64,000 bases of DNA, from positions 379 to 64,378 of the forward strand of contig JANXEU010000007.1 of the NCBI GenBank assembly GCA_025058055.1, given 5' to 3'. The stretch comes from Candidatus Calditenuaceae archaeon (lineage in GTDB: Archaea; Thermoproteota; Nitrososphaeria_A; Caldarchaeales; Calditenuaceae). Made by a program: the position numbers and the translations under genes. A model generated the notes under the pieces. That model made no database searches. It was given only the letters and a program-made list of their open reading frames with translations, and was not told where the DNA came from. Below, in pieces: positions 1-9,568 of this stretch. How positions within the stretch are numbered: the stretch's first letter is position 1; each line of letters begins with the position of its first letter.

Positions 1-1149
1 GTCATCCATTCCCCTCTCGTCGAGCCTTATGTGCATCTCGAGGTGCGGCGATGTTCCAGGTACTGTCCTGACTACGTTCTCCACGGCCGTCTGATAGACA
101 TTCACTCCCCTGATCTTCACGACGTAGTCCGTTCTGCCGAGAACGGTGCCTTTGAAGAATGTCCAGGTCCTGCCGCACTCGCAGGGTTCCGAGTGGTGCC
201 ACTCAACCACGTCCTTGGTCCTGTACTTTATGACGGGTTGTGCCAGTTGAGAGAAGCTGGTGACCACGTTCTCTCCGCGCTCTCCCTCTGCGACCACCTC
301 TCCACTCTCTGGATCCATAACGATGCAGTGGTAGTTCGATTCGTTGAGATGTGTGCCGTCCTGTTTGGGACACGCGGGTGCGATGGCACCTACTTCCGCA
401 ACGCCGTACAGTTCGTACGCCTTGACACCGAACGACGACTCTATCTCATCCCTGAGCTTCGGTAGGGCAGTAGGTCCGGGCTCTCCGGCACCGTAGAAGT
501 ATTTCAAGCCGAGGCTCTTTGGATCCACCCCCATCTTTCTCGCGGTCTCAGCGAGATACAACGCGTAAGTCGGCGTCGCAACCAGCACCGTGGGCCTGAG
601 CGACTGCATCTGCCTGATCCTGTCCTCCGTCCCGACACCACCACCCGAGATCACCCTGCCTCCAAGTCTCCTCACTCCCCAGTAACTGGACCAGAACCCG
701 GTGTACATCCCCCACCCGAATGCGAAGTAAAACGAGTCGGACGGCCTGATTCCTACTGCCCAAAAACCGTACGCCCAATCCTCACCGTATTTTATTGTGT
801 CGTAATGAGTAAACGGGATCCTCAGAGGGGTGCCGGTAGTTCCTGAAGTCTGGAAGACGTGCAGAACCTCCGAGGGGTCACAAGCCAGTGCCTCACCGAA
901 CGGAGGGGAGACCGACTGTGCAGCCGTGATCTCCTCTTTCGTTGTGACCGGCACTCGCTTCACGAAGTCCTCCATGGTCTTGACGTCGTCCACCTTGAGC
1001 CCAGCCTTGCGGAACTTCTCGTGGTAGAACCTTGAGTTCTCATATGCGTATTTCAATAACTGTTTAATTCGACGGAGCTGGACCTCTTCCAACCGCTTGC
1101 GAGGCATGCACTCCCAATACGAGCTCCAGAAACGATCGTCACTTCTCAT
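1..1149 (-). CDS. Phenylacetate-CoA ligase family (PaaK / coenzyme F390 synthetase-like) adenylate-forming enzyme, 3'-truncated by window edge
   Basis: Reverse-strand translation from the ATG at 1149-1147 reads an uninterrupted ~383-codon frame to position 1. It includes MRSDDRFWSSYWECMPRKRLEEVQLRRIKQLLKYAYENSRFYHEKFRKAGL, the P-loop LHVFQTSGTTGTPLRIPFTHYD, and ...YGVAEVGAIAPAC... typical of PaaK. The ORF track does not list it because no in-window stop exists. The listed + ORF 31..465 is its antisense shadow. Confidence 0.7.
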   Translation of the reverse strand, partial: MRSDDRFWSSYWECMPRKRLEEVQLRRIKQLLKYAYENSRFYHEKFRKAGLKVDDVKTMEDFVKRVPVTTKEEITAAQSVSPPFGEALACDPSEVLHVFQTSGTTGTPLRIPFTHYDTIKYGEDWAYGFWAVGIRPSDSFYFAFGWGMYTGFWSSYWGVRRLGGRVISGGGVGTEDRIRQMQSLRPTVLVATPTYALYLAETARKMGVDPKSLGLKYFYGAGEPGPTALPKLRDEIESSFGVKAYELYGVAEVGAIAPACPKQDGTHLNESNYHCIVMDPESGEVVAEGERGENVVTSFSQLAQPVIKYRTKDVVEWHHSEPCECGRTWTFFKGTVLGRTDYVVKIRGVNVYQTAVENVVRTVPGTSPHLEMHIRLDERGMDD

Positions 1150-1273
1150 AGTTCACATGAGCAGATCGCGTTTATTAATAAGCATACATATTCAATAACC
1201 GTTTACCTTGTGTGACCTCTGGATGGAAAGGTAGATTACTTAGACTGCATTTAAAACAACGAGGTGCCCTATT

Positions 1274-2734
1274 TTGGGGTTAAGGACCGGCCAGGATTAC
1301 CTTAAGAGCTTAAATGACGGTAGGGAGTTGTATATAGGAAACGAACTCGTGAAGGACCCTGCAACTCATCCTACCCTTCGTTATACTGCTCAGAGCGTGG
1401 CCAGATGTTACGATCTGCAGCTAGCGCGCGCTGACGAGGTGACTTTCGTTGAGAACGGAGAGAGGTTCAGTAACATCTGGCTACCGGTAAGGACTAAGGC
1501 AGACTTCGAGAGGGTGAGAAAAGGAGTAACCCTTTGGCACCGCACGACAGCCGGAATCTTCGGCAGGCTACACGATTACCTCACCATCTGGGTCACTACC
1601 CTTTACATGTTACATGACGTTCTCTCAAAACCCGATCCGAAGTTCGGTAAGAACATGATAGAATATTATTATTACGCGAGATCGAAAGACTTGGCACTTA
1701 CTCACGCGATCAGCATGCCTCAGATTGACAGATCACCTGGTGCTGGACGTAAACAGAACGAAGACCTTCACATCGTTGAGGTAAATGACAGAGGCGTCGT
1801 AATAGAGGGGTGCAGGACGGTCAGTACTTACGCACCCTTTGCGAATGAGTTCATCACTCTGCCTCAGCTACCTGCGAACCCGGACGAAGACCCCGATTAC
1901 GTGATAGGTTTCGCACTGCCGATGAACGCGAAGAACCTAGTATTCCTGTGCAGAGAGACCTACTCGTCTCCTGAAGCACCGTGGGATCACCCCTTGTCTA
2001 CGCTCTACGACGACCTAGACGCTCAAGCAGTCTTTGACAGGGTGTTAATACCTTGGGAGAGGATCTTCATCTATCGAGATCCCAAAATTAACTTTGAGAT
2101 CTATGACCCAATAATGGCTTACGCGACTTGGCAGGCGACTGTCAGGGCGATAGTCAAACTGGAGTTCATAATTGGTCTCGCGGCGAAGTGGGCAGAGATG
2201 TTGGGTATCGACGCCTATCCTAACGTGCAGGAGAGGATCGGATGGCTGATAGAATGGCGAAACGTCTTGAGCGCGGCGGTCGAAGGAGTAGAGCTGACTG
2301 CGCGACCCCACAACGGGTTCCTGATACCTGAGGTCTGGAAGACATGGCCGCTTGTCATGGTGCACGGTACCTACATCTACCCGATGGCGGTGGAGACATT
2401 GAGAGTGCTTACAGGAAGCGGCGTTATCATGAACCCACCGATGTCAGTTTTCAAGGATGAGAAGCTGCGCAAGTATGCTCACAAGTATTTCAGAGCGAAG
2501 GGAGCGTCGGCCTTCGACAGGCTACTCGTCTCGAAGTTCGTGCACGACATTACAGTGGGTTCGCTTGGTGGGAGGCTTCTCCAGTACGAGAGGTACTTCG
2601 CTGCAGATCCGTTCAGGGTCGCGATTGTTCACTACAGGTTCTCCGACAAAAGCCAGTTCAAGCAGCTCGTTGACGACCAGGCCGCATTCATCAAGTCGCT
2701 TATGAAAGAAGCTGGAATAAGCGAGGAAGGATGA
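1274..2734 (+). CDS. hpaB: 4-hydroxyphenylacetate 3-monooxygenase oxygenase component family (HpaB / 4-hydroxybutyryl-CoA dehydratase superfamily) flavin-dependent monooxygenase
   Basis: 486 aa. TGQDYLKSLNDGRELYIGNELVKDPATHP and VLIPWERIFIYRD match the HpaB N-terminal and C-terminal signature regions. The start codon is TTG; there is no in-frame ATG, and a TAG lies 30 nt upstream. Confidence 0.75.
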   Translation: MGLRTGQDYLKSLNDGRELYIGNELVKDPATHPTLRYTAQSVARCYDLQLARADEVTFVENGERFSNIWLPVRTKADFERVRKGVTLWHRTTAGIFGRLHDYLTIWVTTLYMLHDVLSKPDPKFGKNMIEYYYYARSKDLALTHAISMPQIDRSPGAGRKQNEDLHIVEVNDRGVVIEGCRTVSTYAPFANEFITLPQLPANPDEDPDYVIGFALPMNAKNLVFLCRETYSSPEAPWDHPLSTLYDDLDAQAVFDRVLIPWERIFIYRDPKINFEIYDPIMAYATWQATVRAIVKLEFIIGLAAKWAEMLGIDAYPNVQERIGWLIEWRNVLSAAVEGVELTARPHNGFLIPEVWKTWPLVMVHGTYIYPMAVETLRVLTGSGVIMNPPMSVFKDEKLRKYAHKYFRAKGASAFDRLLVSKFVHDITVGSLGGRLLQYERYFAADPFRVAIVHYRFSDKSQFKQLVDDQAAFIKSLMKEAGISEEG

Positions 2735-2738
2735 AGGA

Positions 2739-3263
2739 TTGTCGCAAACGACGGTCGCCGAAACTATTAAGGGGTTCATGAGATCTTATCCTCAGGGAGT
2801 GAGCGTTTCCACCACTACTCATAACTCCAAGCCCTGGGGGTTAACGGTAAGCTCGTTCACGTCGATATCACTGGACCCGCCGTTGGTGATGATCTCGATA
2901 GCCAAAGGTTCAAAGAGCCACGAAGTTTTCACGAAGTCCGATAACTTCGCAATAAATATGCTCGCTACGGGACAGGAGAGTATAGCGGAGATATTCGCAG
3001 GCAAAGTGCCTCCGGAGAGGAGGTTTGAACACGTGAGATACAGGTATGGCAAGTCCGGTGCTCCAATTCTCACGGATTGTAGTGCCTACCTAGACTGTAA
3101 AAATTACCGGACATACGACGGTGGTGATCACAGCATCATCCTGGGAGAAGTTATAGACGGTGCCGTGTCAGGACCGTTCTCGCCACTCGTCTACTTCAAC
3201 AGGAGGTACACTACAGTAGCCATCACGTATCTGGAAACAGTCTTTGCACCCGATCCATGGTGA
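2739..3263 (+). CDS. hpaC: Flavin reductase-like domain protein (HpaC-type reductase partner)
   Basis: 174 aa. Flavin_Reduct-like pattern (GLTVSSFTSISLDPPLVMISI ... ILGEV). It starts 4 nt after the hpaB stop, so it is probably translationally coupled. Confidence 0.7.
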   Translation: MSQTTVAETIKGFMRSYPQGVSVSTTTHNSKPWGLTVSSFTSISLDPPLVMISIAKGSKSHEVFTKSDNFAINMLATGQESIAEIFAGKVPPERRFEHVRYRYGKSGAPILTDCSAYLDCKNYRTYDGGDHSIILGEVIDGAVSGPFSPLVYFNRRYTTVAITYLETVFAPDPW

Positions 3264-3322
3264 CGTGATTTTTTATCAGGGTTGATTTAATAGATACGAG
3301 CAATGTAGGTTAGGGTATAGAC

Positions 3323-5437
3323 ATGAGCATGCAGAGTTTCTTCAACCCAAAGAGTGTTGCTATAATCGGCGCCTCACGCGACCCTAATAGACCGGGTAAC
3401 ACCATCCTCAAGAACTTGAAGTCAATGGGATACCGGGGTAGAGTGTTTCCGGTTAATCCGAATCTCACGGAGATTGACGGCCTCCAGTGCTATCCCGACG
3501 TCCTGAGCATAGATGAGGACGTGGAGAACGTTGTGATTTTAGTCTCCGCGGACCGGGCCGTGAGGGTAGCCGAGGAGATAGCTGAGAGGCGCAAGAGACG
3601 TAATGACGTTAAGGCAGTGATTTGCATATCTGGGGGATTCAGCGAGCTCAACACGTCCGAGGGCAGGGAAAGGGAGAGGAGGCTTGTAGAGACCCTTAAG
3701 GGATCTGGTGTGAGACTGATGGGACCCAACTGCGTAGGAGTAATTGACTGCTACAGCAGATTCACCACGAACTTCGATTTGGGTGACTATCCGACCGGCG
3801 GAATATCGCTAGTCTCTCAGAGTGGTGCTTTAGCGACTGCTTTCCTCTTCTGGGCACGACCCTTTAACAGAATTGGTCTCAGTAAGCTTGTCTCGATAGG
3901 GAACATGGCTGACGTGGACATGGTCGAGTGTATCGAGTACTTGGGTAATGATCCAACCACCGACGTGATAGGGGTTTACTTGGAGGGATACCGTGATCCG
4001 CGGAAGCTCTTTGAGACGATGAGGAACGTCTCGAGTGAGAAGCCAATAGTGCTGCTGAAGGCAGGTAGGTCTGAAATCGGGAGCAGTGCGGCACTTAGTC
4101 ACACGGCCTCATTAACGGGCTTGGACGCCCTCTACGACGCCGCCTCGAAGCAGTGTGGAGTCATCAGAGTCAAAGACGTGCTGGAATGGTATGAGACCCT
4201 CCACGCTATAGGGAAGCAACCGATTCCACAAGGCAACAGGGTGGCTGTGCTGACACATATCGGAGGCCCCGGAACGCTTACCGTCGATAGAATAGGGATT
4301 GGCCGAGTGCTCAGAATGGCAGCGATATCGGATCGCGGAAAGTCTGCCATAAGATCGATGGTTGCCCCAACAGCCACAGTATGCAGTCCGGATGGGTACA
4401 TCGACTTGACCGCCTCACATACAGAAGAGCTTCACTACAAAGTACTGAAGGTCTTGTTCGAGGAAGAGGGAGTAGACTCGGTCATTCAAGTGGTGGGACA
4501 CAGCATGTTTCTCTCTCAGACCCTCATGGCTGACAGGATCAGCACTGCCTTCGAAGAGGTGGGGAGAGCTAACAGGAAGACGTTTCTGAACGTCGTAGCC
4601 TTTGACGAGTCACTTCCGGAATTCAAGTTAGGACTGGAAAACAGGGGGTTGCCTGAGTTTCCGACACCCGAGATCGCCGTCACGGTCTTAGAGTACATGT
4701 ATTGGTACGCCAATAAGAGAAAGAGATTGGCATCGGCACCGAGACTTACTCCTTTGCCCCCTGCGCGATCAGAACCACCCGTCCTTGGAAGAGAGGTACT
4801 CCTAGAGAGCGAGGCCTATCCCATCCTGAAGAGATACGGTATCTCTGTGGCGGATTACAGGATTGAGACGAACTACGATGAACTCGAGGACGCGGCCGAG
4901 GAGATCGGATTTCCTGTAGTATTGAAGGCCCAGCACCAAAGGTTGATTCATAAAACAGATGCCGGAGCGGTGGCGCTGAACATCAGCGATGCGAGTGAGT
5001 TACGCGAGCGGTTTCATGAGGTCACAGAGAACGTGATCAGGCACATAGGTGAACCCCCATCGTCTTATTTGGTACAGAAGATGATAAAACCGGGTGCCGA
5101 GGTCATAGTCGGTGCTGTGCATGACGACTCCTTCGGACCTGTTATAAGCTTCGGCAGCGGAGGTGTGTTGGTTGAGCTCCTCAAGGACGTGAGCTCGAGA
5201 TTGATCCCTCTAAGTGAAGACGAGGCTGCGGAGATGATTCAAGAGACCTTCGCTTCAAGGTTGTTATCGGGGTTCAGAGGTGAGGAACCGAAGGACATCA
5301 ACGCCTTGGTAGAACTCTTGTTGAAGGTGAGCGAAATGATGCTTAAGGAGGGTTGGATTAAGGAGCTCGATCTCAACCCGGTCAAACCATTGAGAAAGGG
5401 ATACGCGGTGGTCGATGCGAGGATCGTGCTACGCTGA
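3323..5437 (+). CDS. Acyl-CoA synthetase (ADP-forming), fused alpha/beta subunits (CoA-binding + ATP-grasp; ACD family)
   Basis: 704 aa. The N-terminal CoA-binding Rossmann region reads KSVAIIGASRDPNRPGN. A succinyl-CoA-synthetase-like ligase-CoA domain and a C-terminal ATP-grasp follow (FPVVLKAQ..HKTDAGAVALN). Confidence 0.8.
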   Translation: MSMQSFFNPKSVAIIGASRDPNRPGNTILKNLKSMGYRGRVFPVNPNLTEIDGLQCYPDVLSIDEDVENVVILVSADRAVRVAEEIAERRKRRNDVKAVICISGGFSELNTSEGRERERRLVETLKGSGVRLMGPNCVGVIDCYSRFTTNFDLGDYPTGGISLVSQSGALATAFLFWARPFNRIGLSKLVSIGNMADVDMVECIEYLGNDPTTDVIGVYLEGYRDPRKLFETMRNVSSEKPIVLLKAGRSEIGSSAALSHTASLTGLDALYDAASKQCGVIRVKDVLEWYETLHAIGKQPIPQGNRVAVLTHIGGPGTLTVDRIGIGRVLRMAAISDRGKSAIRSMVAPTATVCSPDGYIDLTASHTEELHYKVLKVLFEEEGVDSVIQVVGHSMFLSQTLMADRISTAFEEVGRANRKTFLNVVAFDESLPEFKLGLENRGLPEFPTPEIAVTVLEYMYWYANKRKRLASAPRLTPLPPARSEPPVLGREVLLESEAYPILKRYGISVADYRIETNYDELEDAAEEIGFPVVLKAQHQRLIHKTDAGAVALNISDASELRERFHEVTENVIRHIGEPPSSYLVQKMIKPGAEVIVGAVHDDSFGPVISFGSGGVLVELLKDVSSRLIPLSEDEAAEMIQETFASRLLSGFRGEEPKDINALVELLLKVSEMMLKEGWIKELDLNPVKPLRKGYAVVDARIVLR

Positions 5438-7057
5438 GACCGCGTGCGGAGGTTGTTCCCTGAGCTTGAACCTCTGAATCTTTCCCGTTGGAGTCTTCGG
5501 CAGGTCGCTTGTGAAGATCACCCACGCAGGTACCTTGTAGCCAACACCTAACCTCATCATGACGTGACGCTTTATCTCCTCTGCGAGTTCGTCGCTGGCT
5601 GAATATCCGGCCTTTAAGACTACGTGTGCCTTGGGTCTGCCTAATCCGTCAGGAGTGTATGCTTGAACAACCGCACATTCAACTACCGCGTGATGTGAGA
5701 GGATGGCCGACTCAACCTCAACCGGCGAGACCCATACTCCACCAGACTTGATGAGGTCGTCTGCTCGCCCCATGTGAACGAAATATCCCTCCTCGTCGGC
5801 CACGTATAGGTCACCGGTGTAGAACCATTCGCCGAGGAAGTGCTCTCTGGTCTTCTCGTATCGCCTCCAGTACATCGCTGCGACGCTTCCACCCTTGACG
5901 AGCATCCTTCCAGGCTCGCCGTAATTGACCTCTTTCATCTGCTCATCGACAAGCTTAACCTCATATCCTGGAACAACGACTCCTGATGTCCCAGGCCTTA
6001 TTTTATCAGGTCTATTCGATACGAAGATATGGCACATCTCTGTCGTCCCGATTCCATCCAAGATGTCCTTCCCAAATGTCTGTTTCCACTTGTGATAAAT
6101 CGGCGCGGGAAGAGCCTCGCCGGCGCTTACGCAGTACCTGACGCTGTCGAGATTGAAGCTCGTAGCACCTCTGGAATCGACGTGAGCCAAGGCTCTACTG
6201 TAAAAGACGGGAACGGAGAAGAAGAGCGTCACACGGAACCTTTCGATCGATTTGAGTACGAACTCTGGATCAGGTGGACCCGACATGAGAACCGTTGAAG
6301 CCCCGAAGTATAGTGGCGCCCAGACCGAGTTTCCTAAGCCGTACGCGAAGAAGATCTTGCTAGTCGAGAAGTTGACATCGTTACGGCTCTCCTTCAGGAC
6401 GTGTCTGTAATAGGACTCGCATGAGTAGAGCGGATCGTGTTGGTAATGAATGACACCCTTCGGCGGCCCCGTAGTCCCAGAACTGTACTGCCAGTAACAG
6501 AAGTCGTCCTTGTGGAGCCTCTCTGGTTGCAGGTTTCCGCTCGCGTTCTTGATGAGTTCCTCGTAACTCAACGCCTTACCGATTCCCGACCCACCCACCG
6601 CTATTACCTTCCTGAGACGTCCGAGCCTGTCTGTTGCGTCTCGCACTTTCTCGAGTAGGTTGGCGTGAACTACCAAAGCCTTAGCGCGGCAGTCTCCTAA
6701 GACGAACTCGTAGAACTGTTTAGACTCAAGCGTCGATAAGAGGACCGGCTGAGCTCCCACCCTTATCGCGCCCAGCAGCACCTCGACGTACTCAATCGAG
6801 TCCGGCAGTATTATCGCGACCCTGTCCTCCATCTCAACTCCAATGTCAAGCAGTACGTTCCCGGCCCTGTTGATCCGCTCGTGCAGTTGAGCGTAAGTTA
6901 CGGACCTCCCGCTCTCGGCCTGTATATACGCAAGACGATCTCCAAGCCCCGATGTCACGTGCCTGTCCACGAGGTACTCGGTCAGGTTGAAGCTTTCTGG
7001 GACTTGAAAGTCCACCGGCTCACCGGTCAAATGTACCATCTTATCTCTCACTCGCAT
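5429..7057 (-). CDS. AMP-forming aromatic acid-CoA ligase (benzoate/4-hydroxybenzoate-CoA ligase family)
   Basis: 542 aa. The YSSGTTGPPKGVIH P-loop, WFYTGDLY motif and terminal PKTPTGKIQR lysine motif are present. An alternative ATG start lies 18 nt downstream (MVHLTGE). Confidence 0.75.
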   Translation of the reverse strand: MRVRDKMVHLTGEPVDFQVPESFNLTEYLVDRHVTSGLGDRLAYIQAESGRSVTYAQLHERINRAGNVLLDIGVEMEDRVAIILPDSIEYVEVLLGAIRVGAQPVLLSTLESKQFYEFVLGDCRAKALVVHANLLEKVRDATDRLGRLRKVIAVGGSGIGKALSYEELIKNASGNLQPERLHKDDFCYWQYSSGTTGPPKGVIHYQHDPLYSCESYYRHVLKESRNDVNFSTSKIFFAYGLGNSVWAPLYFGASTVLMSGPPDPEFVLKSIERFRVTLFFSVPVFYSRALAHVDSRGATSFNLDSVRYCVSAGEALPAPIYHKWKQTFGKDILDGIGTTEMCHIFVSNRPDKIRPGTSGVVVPGYEVKLVDEQMKEVNYGEPGRMLVKGGSVAAMYWRRYEKTREHFLGEWFYTGDLYVADEEGYFVHMGRADDLIKSGGVWVSPVEVESAILSHHAVVECAVVQAYTPDGLGRPKAHVVLKAGYSASDELAEEIKRHVMMRLGVGYKVPAWVIFTSDLPKTPTGKIQRFKLREQPPHAVSA

Positions 7058-7285
7058 ATGCTGAATATATCCGTATTTCGCAAGTTTCGTCGAGCCACGA
7101 GGCTCCCAAGGCTACCGCTCGGTCATCAAGCGACAAGTAGATATACGATCGGCTGTAATAATGGAAGGACTAATGACGAGGTTTGGTCTGGTATTGCCGA
7201 ACATAAATTTTGAAGAGGAGGGCCGGTTCTTTGATCTCGGGTCACTCGCGTTCTATCACCCCTACAGAATTGAGGTGCGTTTGTG

Positions 7286-9535
7286 ATGGTCACTCGTTAT
7301 GTAGGTAAGCCGATACTGCCCGAGGAGTCTATCGCATACGTCATGGGAAAGGGTATGTATGTAGACGACGTAAGGTCGAACGCGCCTCTTCACCTCGCAG
7401 TCCTCCGAAGCCCTTATCCTAACGCGATAATCAAGAAAATAGACTGTTCTGATGCGGTTTTGAAATCTAAACTAGTGCTTCTACCGAGGGACAACCAGAC
7501 GTTAATGAAGTCGGCAGCGATGCCCGCGAACTTCGATCACAAGGGCCGCTCTAATTTGGTGAGGCTACCTGCACTTCCTTCAGACCTTCGGGTAAGGTTC
7601 GAGGGGCAACCTGTTGCAGCTGTGGTAGCAGAGTCGCGTTATGAAGCCCATGATTTATTGGACTCAATATCAGTGGAATACGAACAACTACCACCAGTTA
7701 AGACGATTGATGAAGCCCTGAGAGGAGACGTTCTAGTGCACGAGGAAACGCAGTCGAACATATCTGTTGAAGTGATCTACTCCGGAGGAGAAATCGATAC
7801 GGCGTTCTCAGAGGCAAACCTAGTGATTGAGGACAGTCTGGAAATTCACAAGACGATGCCGAACCCAATAGAGACGCGTGGGATCCTCGCCGAGCTAGTC
7901 GGTGACAAGCTGAAAGTATGGAGCACAAACCAAGGGCTCTTCAGAATCAGAGACCAACTTACGGACACCTTAGGCCTTCCGAAGGAAAGTCTCATCGTTG
8001 AACACGTGGATGTAGGAGGAGCGTTCGGCGTCAAGTCGTTCCTCTACCCAGAACAAGTACTCGTTTGCTACGCGGCCCTCATTCTAAAGAGACCGGTGAA
8101 ATGGATAGAAACCAGAAGTGAGCACCTGAGGTGTACCACTCACTCCAGAGATGTGAGGGCGAACCTCTCACTAGCAGTAAAGAGGGACGGAAAAATATTG
8201 GGAATAAGAGGCACCGTGATCGCGGACATAGGAGCCTATAACATCTTCGTCAACCCTAATTACGCGCCATTCATCGCGCAACAGCTCACCGGTCCCTATG
8301 ACATCAGTGCGGGTGAGGTGAGGGCAATCTCGGTTTTCACCAACAAGACACCGCTAGGGCCGTACAGAGGGGCCGGCAGACCTGAGGCCGCTTACTTCTA
8401 CGAACGCATGGTTGACTTGGTGGCCGAGGAACTCGGACTCGACCCGGTGGAGGTGAGGAAGAGGAATCTCGTGCCGCGGGAGAAAATGCCTTACAGGAAC
8501 CCCTTCGGCCTAACTCTGGACGTCGAGGACTACAACGCCATACTCAACAAGGCCATCAAGGAGTTCAGATACGAGGAGTTGAAGAGGTCTGTCTCCGAAG
8601 CGAAGGCCAAGGGCGAACTGGTCGGTATAGGAGTCGTCAACTACATCGAATTGAACAGAGCATCCTTCGGTGAGTCTGCTAAGGTCATCTTGCGCTCGGA
8701 CGGTAAGCTTCAGCTGATGTTCGGTTCCTCACCTCACGGCCAATATCATCAAACGGTGTTCAGACAGCTGGCAGCCGATGAGTTGAGGGTCGGTTTAAAC
8801 GAGGTGGTTTGGATTAAACCCTCGAGCGATCTCCTGCCACAGGGCGTCGGTACTTTCGGAAGCAGGAGCGCTGTCATTGGTGGAGAGGCGGTCATCAGGG
8901 CCACACGCAAGCTAAAGCAGATCGTGCTTGAGAGGGCTTCCGAGATGTCGGGGGTTAACCTCGAGTCGCTGGACCTCGAGGACGGTTGGGTCATCAAAAG
9001 GGACGACGGCGAGAGGTTGATGCGAATGAGCGAGCTAATCAAGTCAGAAGAGATTGAGGTCTTCGAGTTCGTCAAGGGCGAAGACATCTTCTCTTACGGC
9101 GTTCACATGGCGGTCGTTGAACTGGACAAAGAGACTTACACCATCAAACGGATAAAGTACTTTGCGATTGACGACGCTGGAAGGGTAATCAATCCACTGA
9201 TAGCAGAGGCACAGGTCACGGGCGGCATCGCGCAGGGGCTTTCGCAAGTGCTCTATGAGAGCGTCGCATACAACGACGAGGGTCTCCTTTCTGTGGGAAG
9301 CATCCTCGAGGCCGGCGTACCTGCCGCTGCTGACCTTCCGATCGATCTAACCTCTGAGCTCCACGAATACCCGTCACACTACAGTCACGGAGTGCGAGGT
9401 ATAGGTGAGGCCGGCACGATCGGAGCTCTGCCCTGTATAGTCGCTGCGCTCGAGGACGCTCTCAACAGACGCCTAAGTTCGACTCGCGGCCTTGCACACG
9501 TGCTCTGGTCGTTAGTCAGCGGCCCACATGAATAA
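7286..9535 (+). CDS. Molybdopterin-dependent hydroxylase large subunit (xanthine dehydrogenase / aerobic CO-dehydrogenase CoxL family)
   Basis: ~749 aa. The ORF track starts at GTG 7283, immediately followed by ATG 7286. It contains the Ald_Xan_dh_C/C2 domains and the loop GPYRGAGRPEA. Confidence 0.8.
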   Translation: MVTRYVGKPILPEESIAYVMGKGMYVDDVRSNAPLHLAVLRSPYPNAIIKKIDCSDAVLKSKLVLLPRDNQTLMKSAAMPANFDHKGRSNLVRLPALPSDLRVRFEGQPVAAVVAESRYEAHDLLDSISVEYEQLPPVKTIDEALRGDVLVHEETQSNISVEVIYSGGEIDTAFSEANLVIEDSLEIHKTMPNPIETRGILAELVGDKLKVWSTNQGLFRIRDQLTDTLGLPKESLIVEHVDVGGAFGVKSFLYPEQVLVCYAALILKRPVKWIETRSEHLRCTTHSRDVRANLSLAVKRDGKILGIRGTVIADIGAYNIFVNPNYAPFIAQQLTGPYDISAGEVRAISVFTNKTPLGPYRGAGRPEAAYFYERMVDLVAEELGLDPVEVRKRNLVPREKMPYRNPFGLTLDVEDYNAILNKAIKEFRYEELKRSVSEAKAKGELVGIGVVNYIELNRASFGESAKVILRSDGKLQLMFGSSPHGQYHQTVFRQLAADELRVGLNEVVWIKPSSDLLPQGVGTFGSRSAVIGGEAVIRATRKLKQIVLERASEMSGVNLESLDLEDGWVIKRDDGERLMRMSELIKSEEIEVFEFVKGEDIFSYGVHMAVVELDKETYTIKRIKYFAIDDAGRVINPLIAEAQVTGGIAQGLSQVLYESVAYNDEGLLSVGSILEAGVPAAADLPIDLTSELHEYPSHYSHGVRGIGEAGTIGALPCIVAALEDALNRRLSSTRGLAHVLWSLVSGPHE

Positions 9536-9568
9536 CTACTTATTGAGCGGATAGAACTCTGAGACATA

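Noticed and set aside
31-465. 144-aa plus-strand ORF at the left edge
   Set aside because: It is an antisense shadow of the hand-translated PaaK-like gene (1..1149, minus), which has clear family motifs. The plus-strand ORF has no recognisable features and an odd Cys/His-rich composition.
2045-2779. Several 80-106 aa ORFs on both strands inside hpaB
   Set aside because: They are fully contained within the well-supported 486-aa HpaB-family gene. They are typical alternative-frame or antisense ORFs in GC-rich coding DNA.
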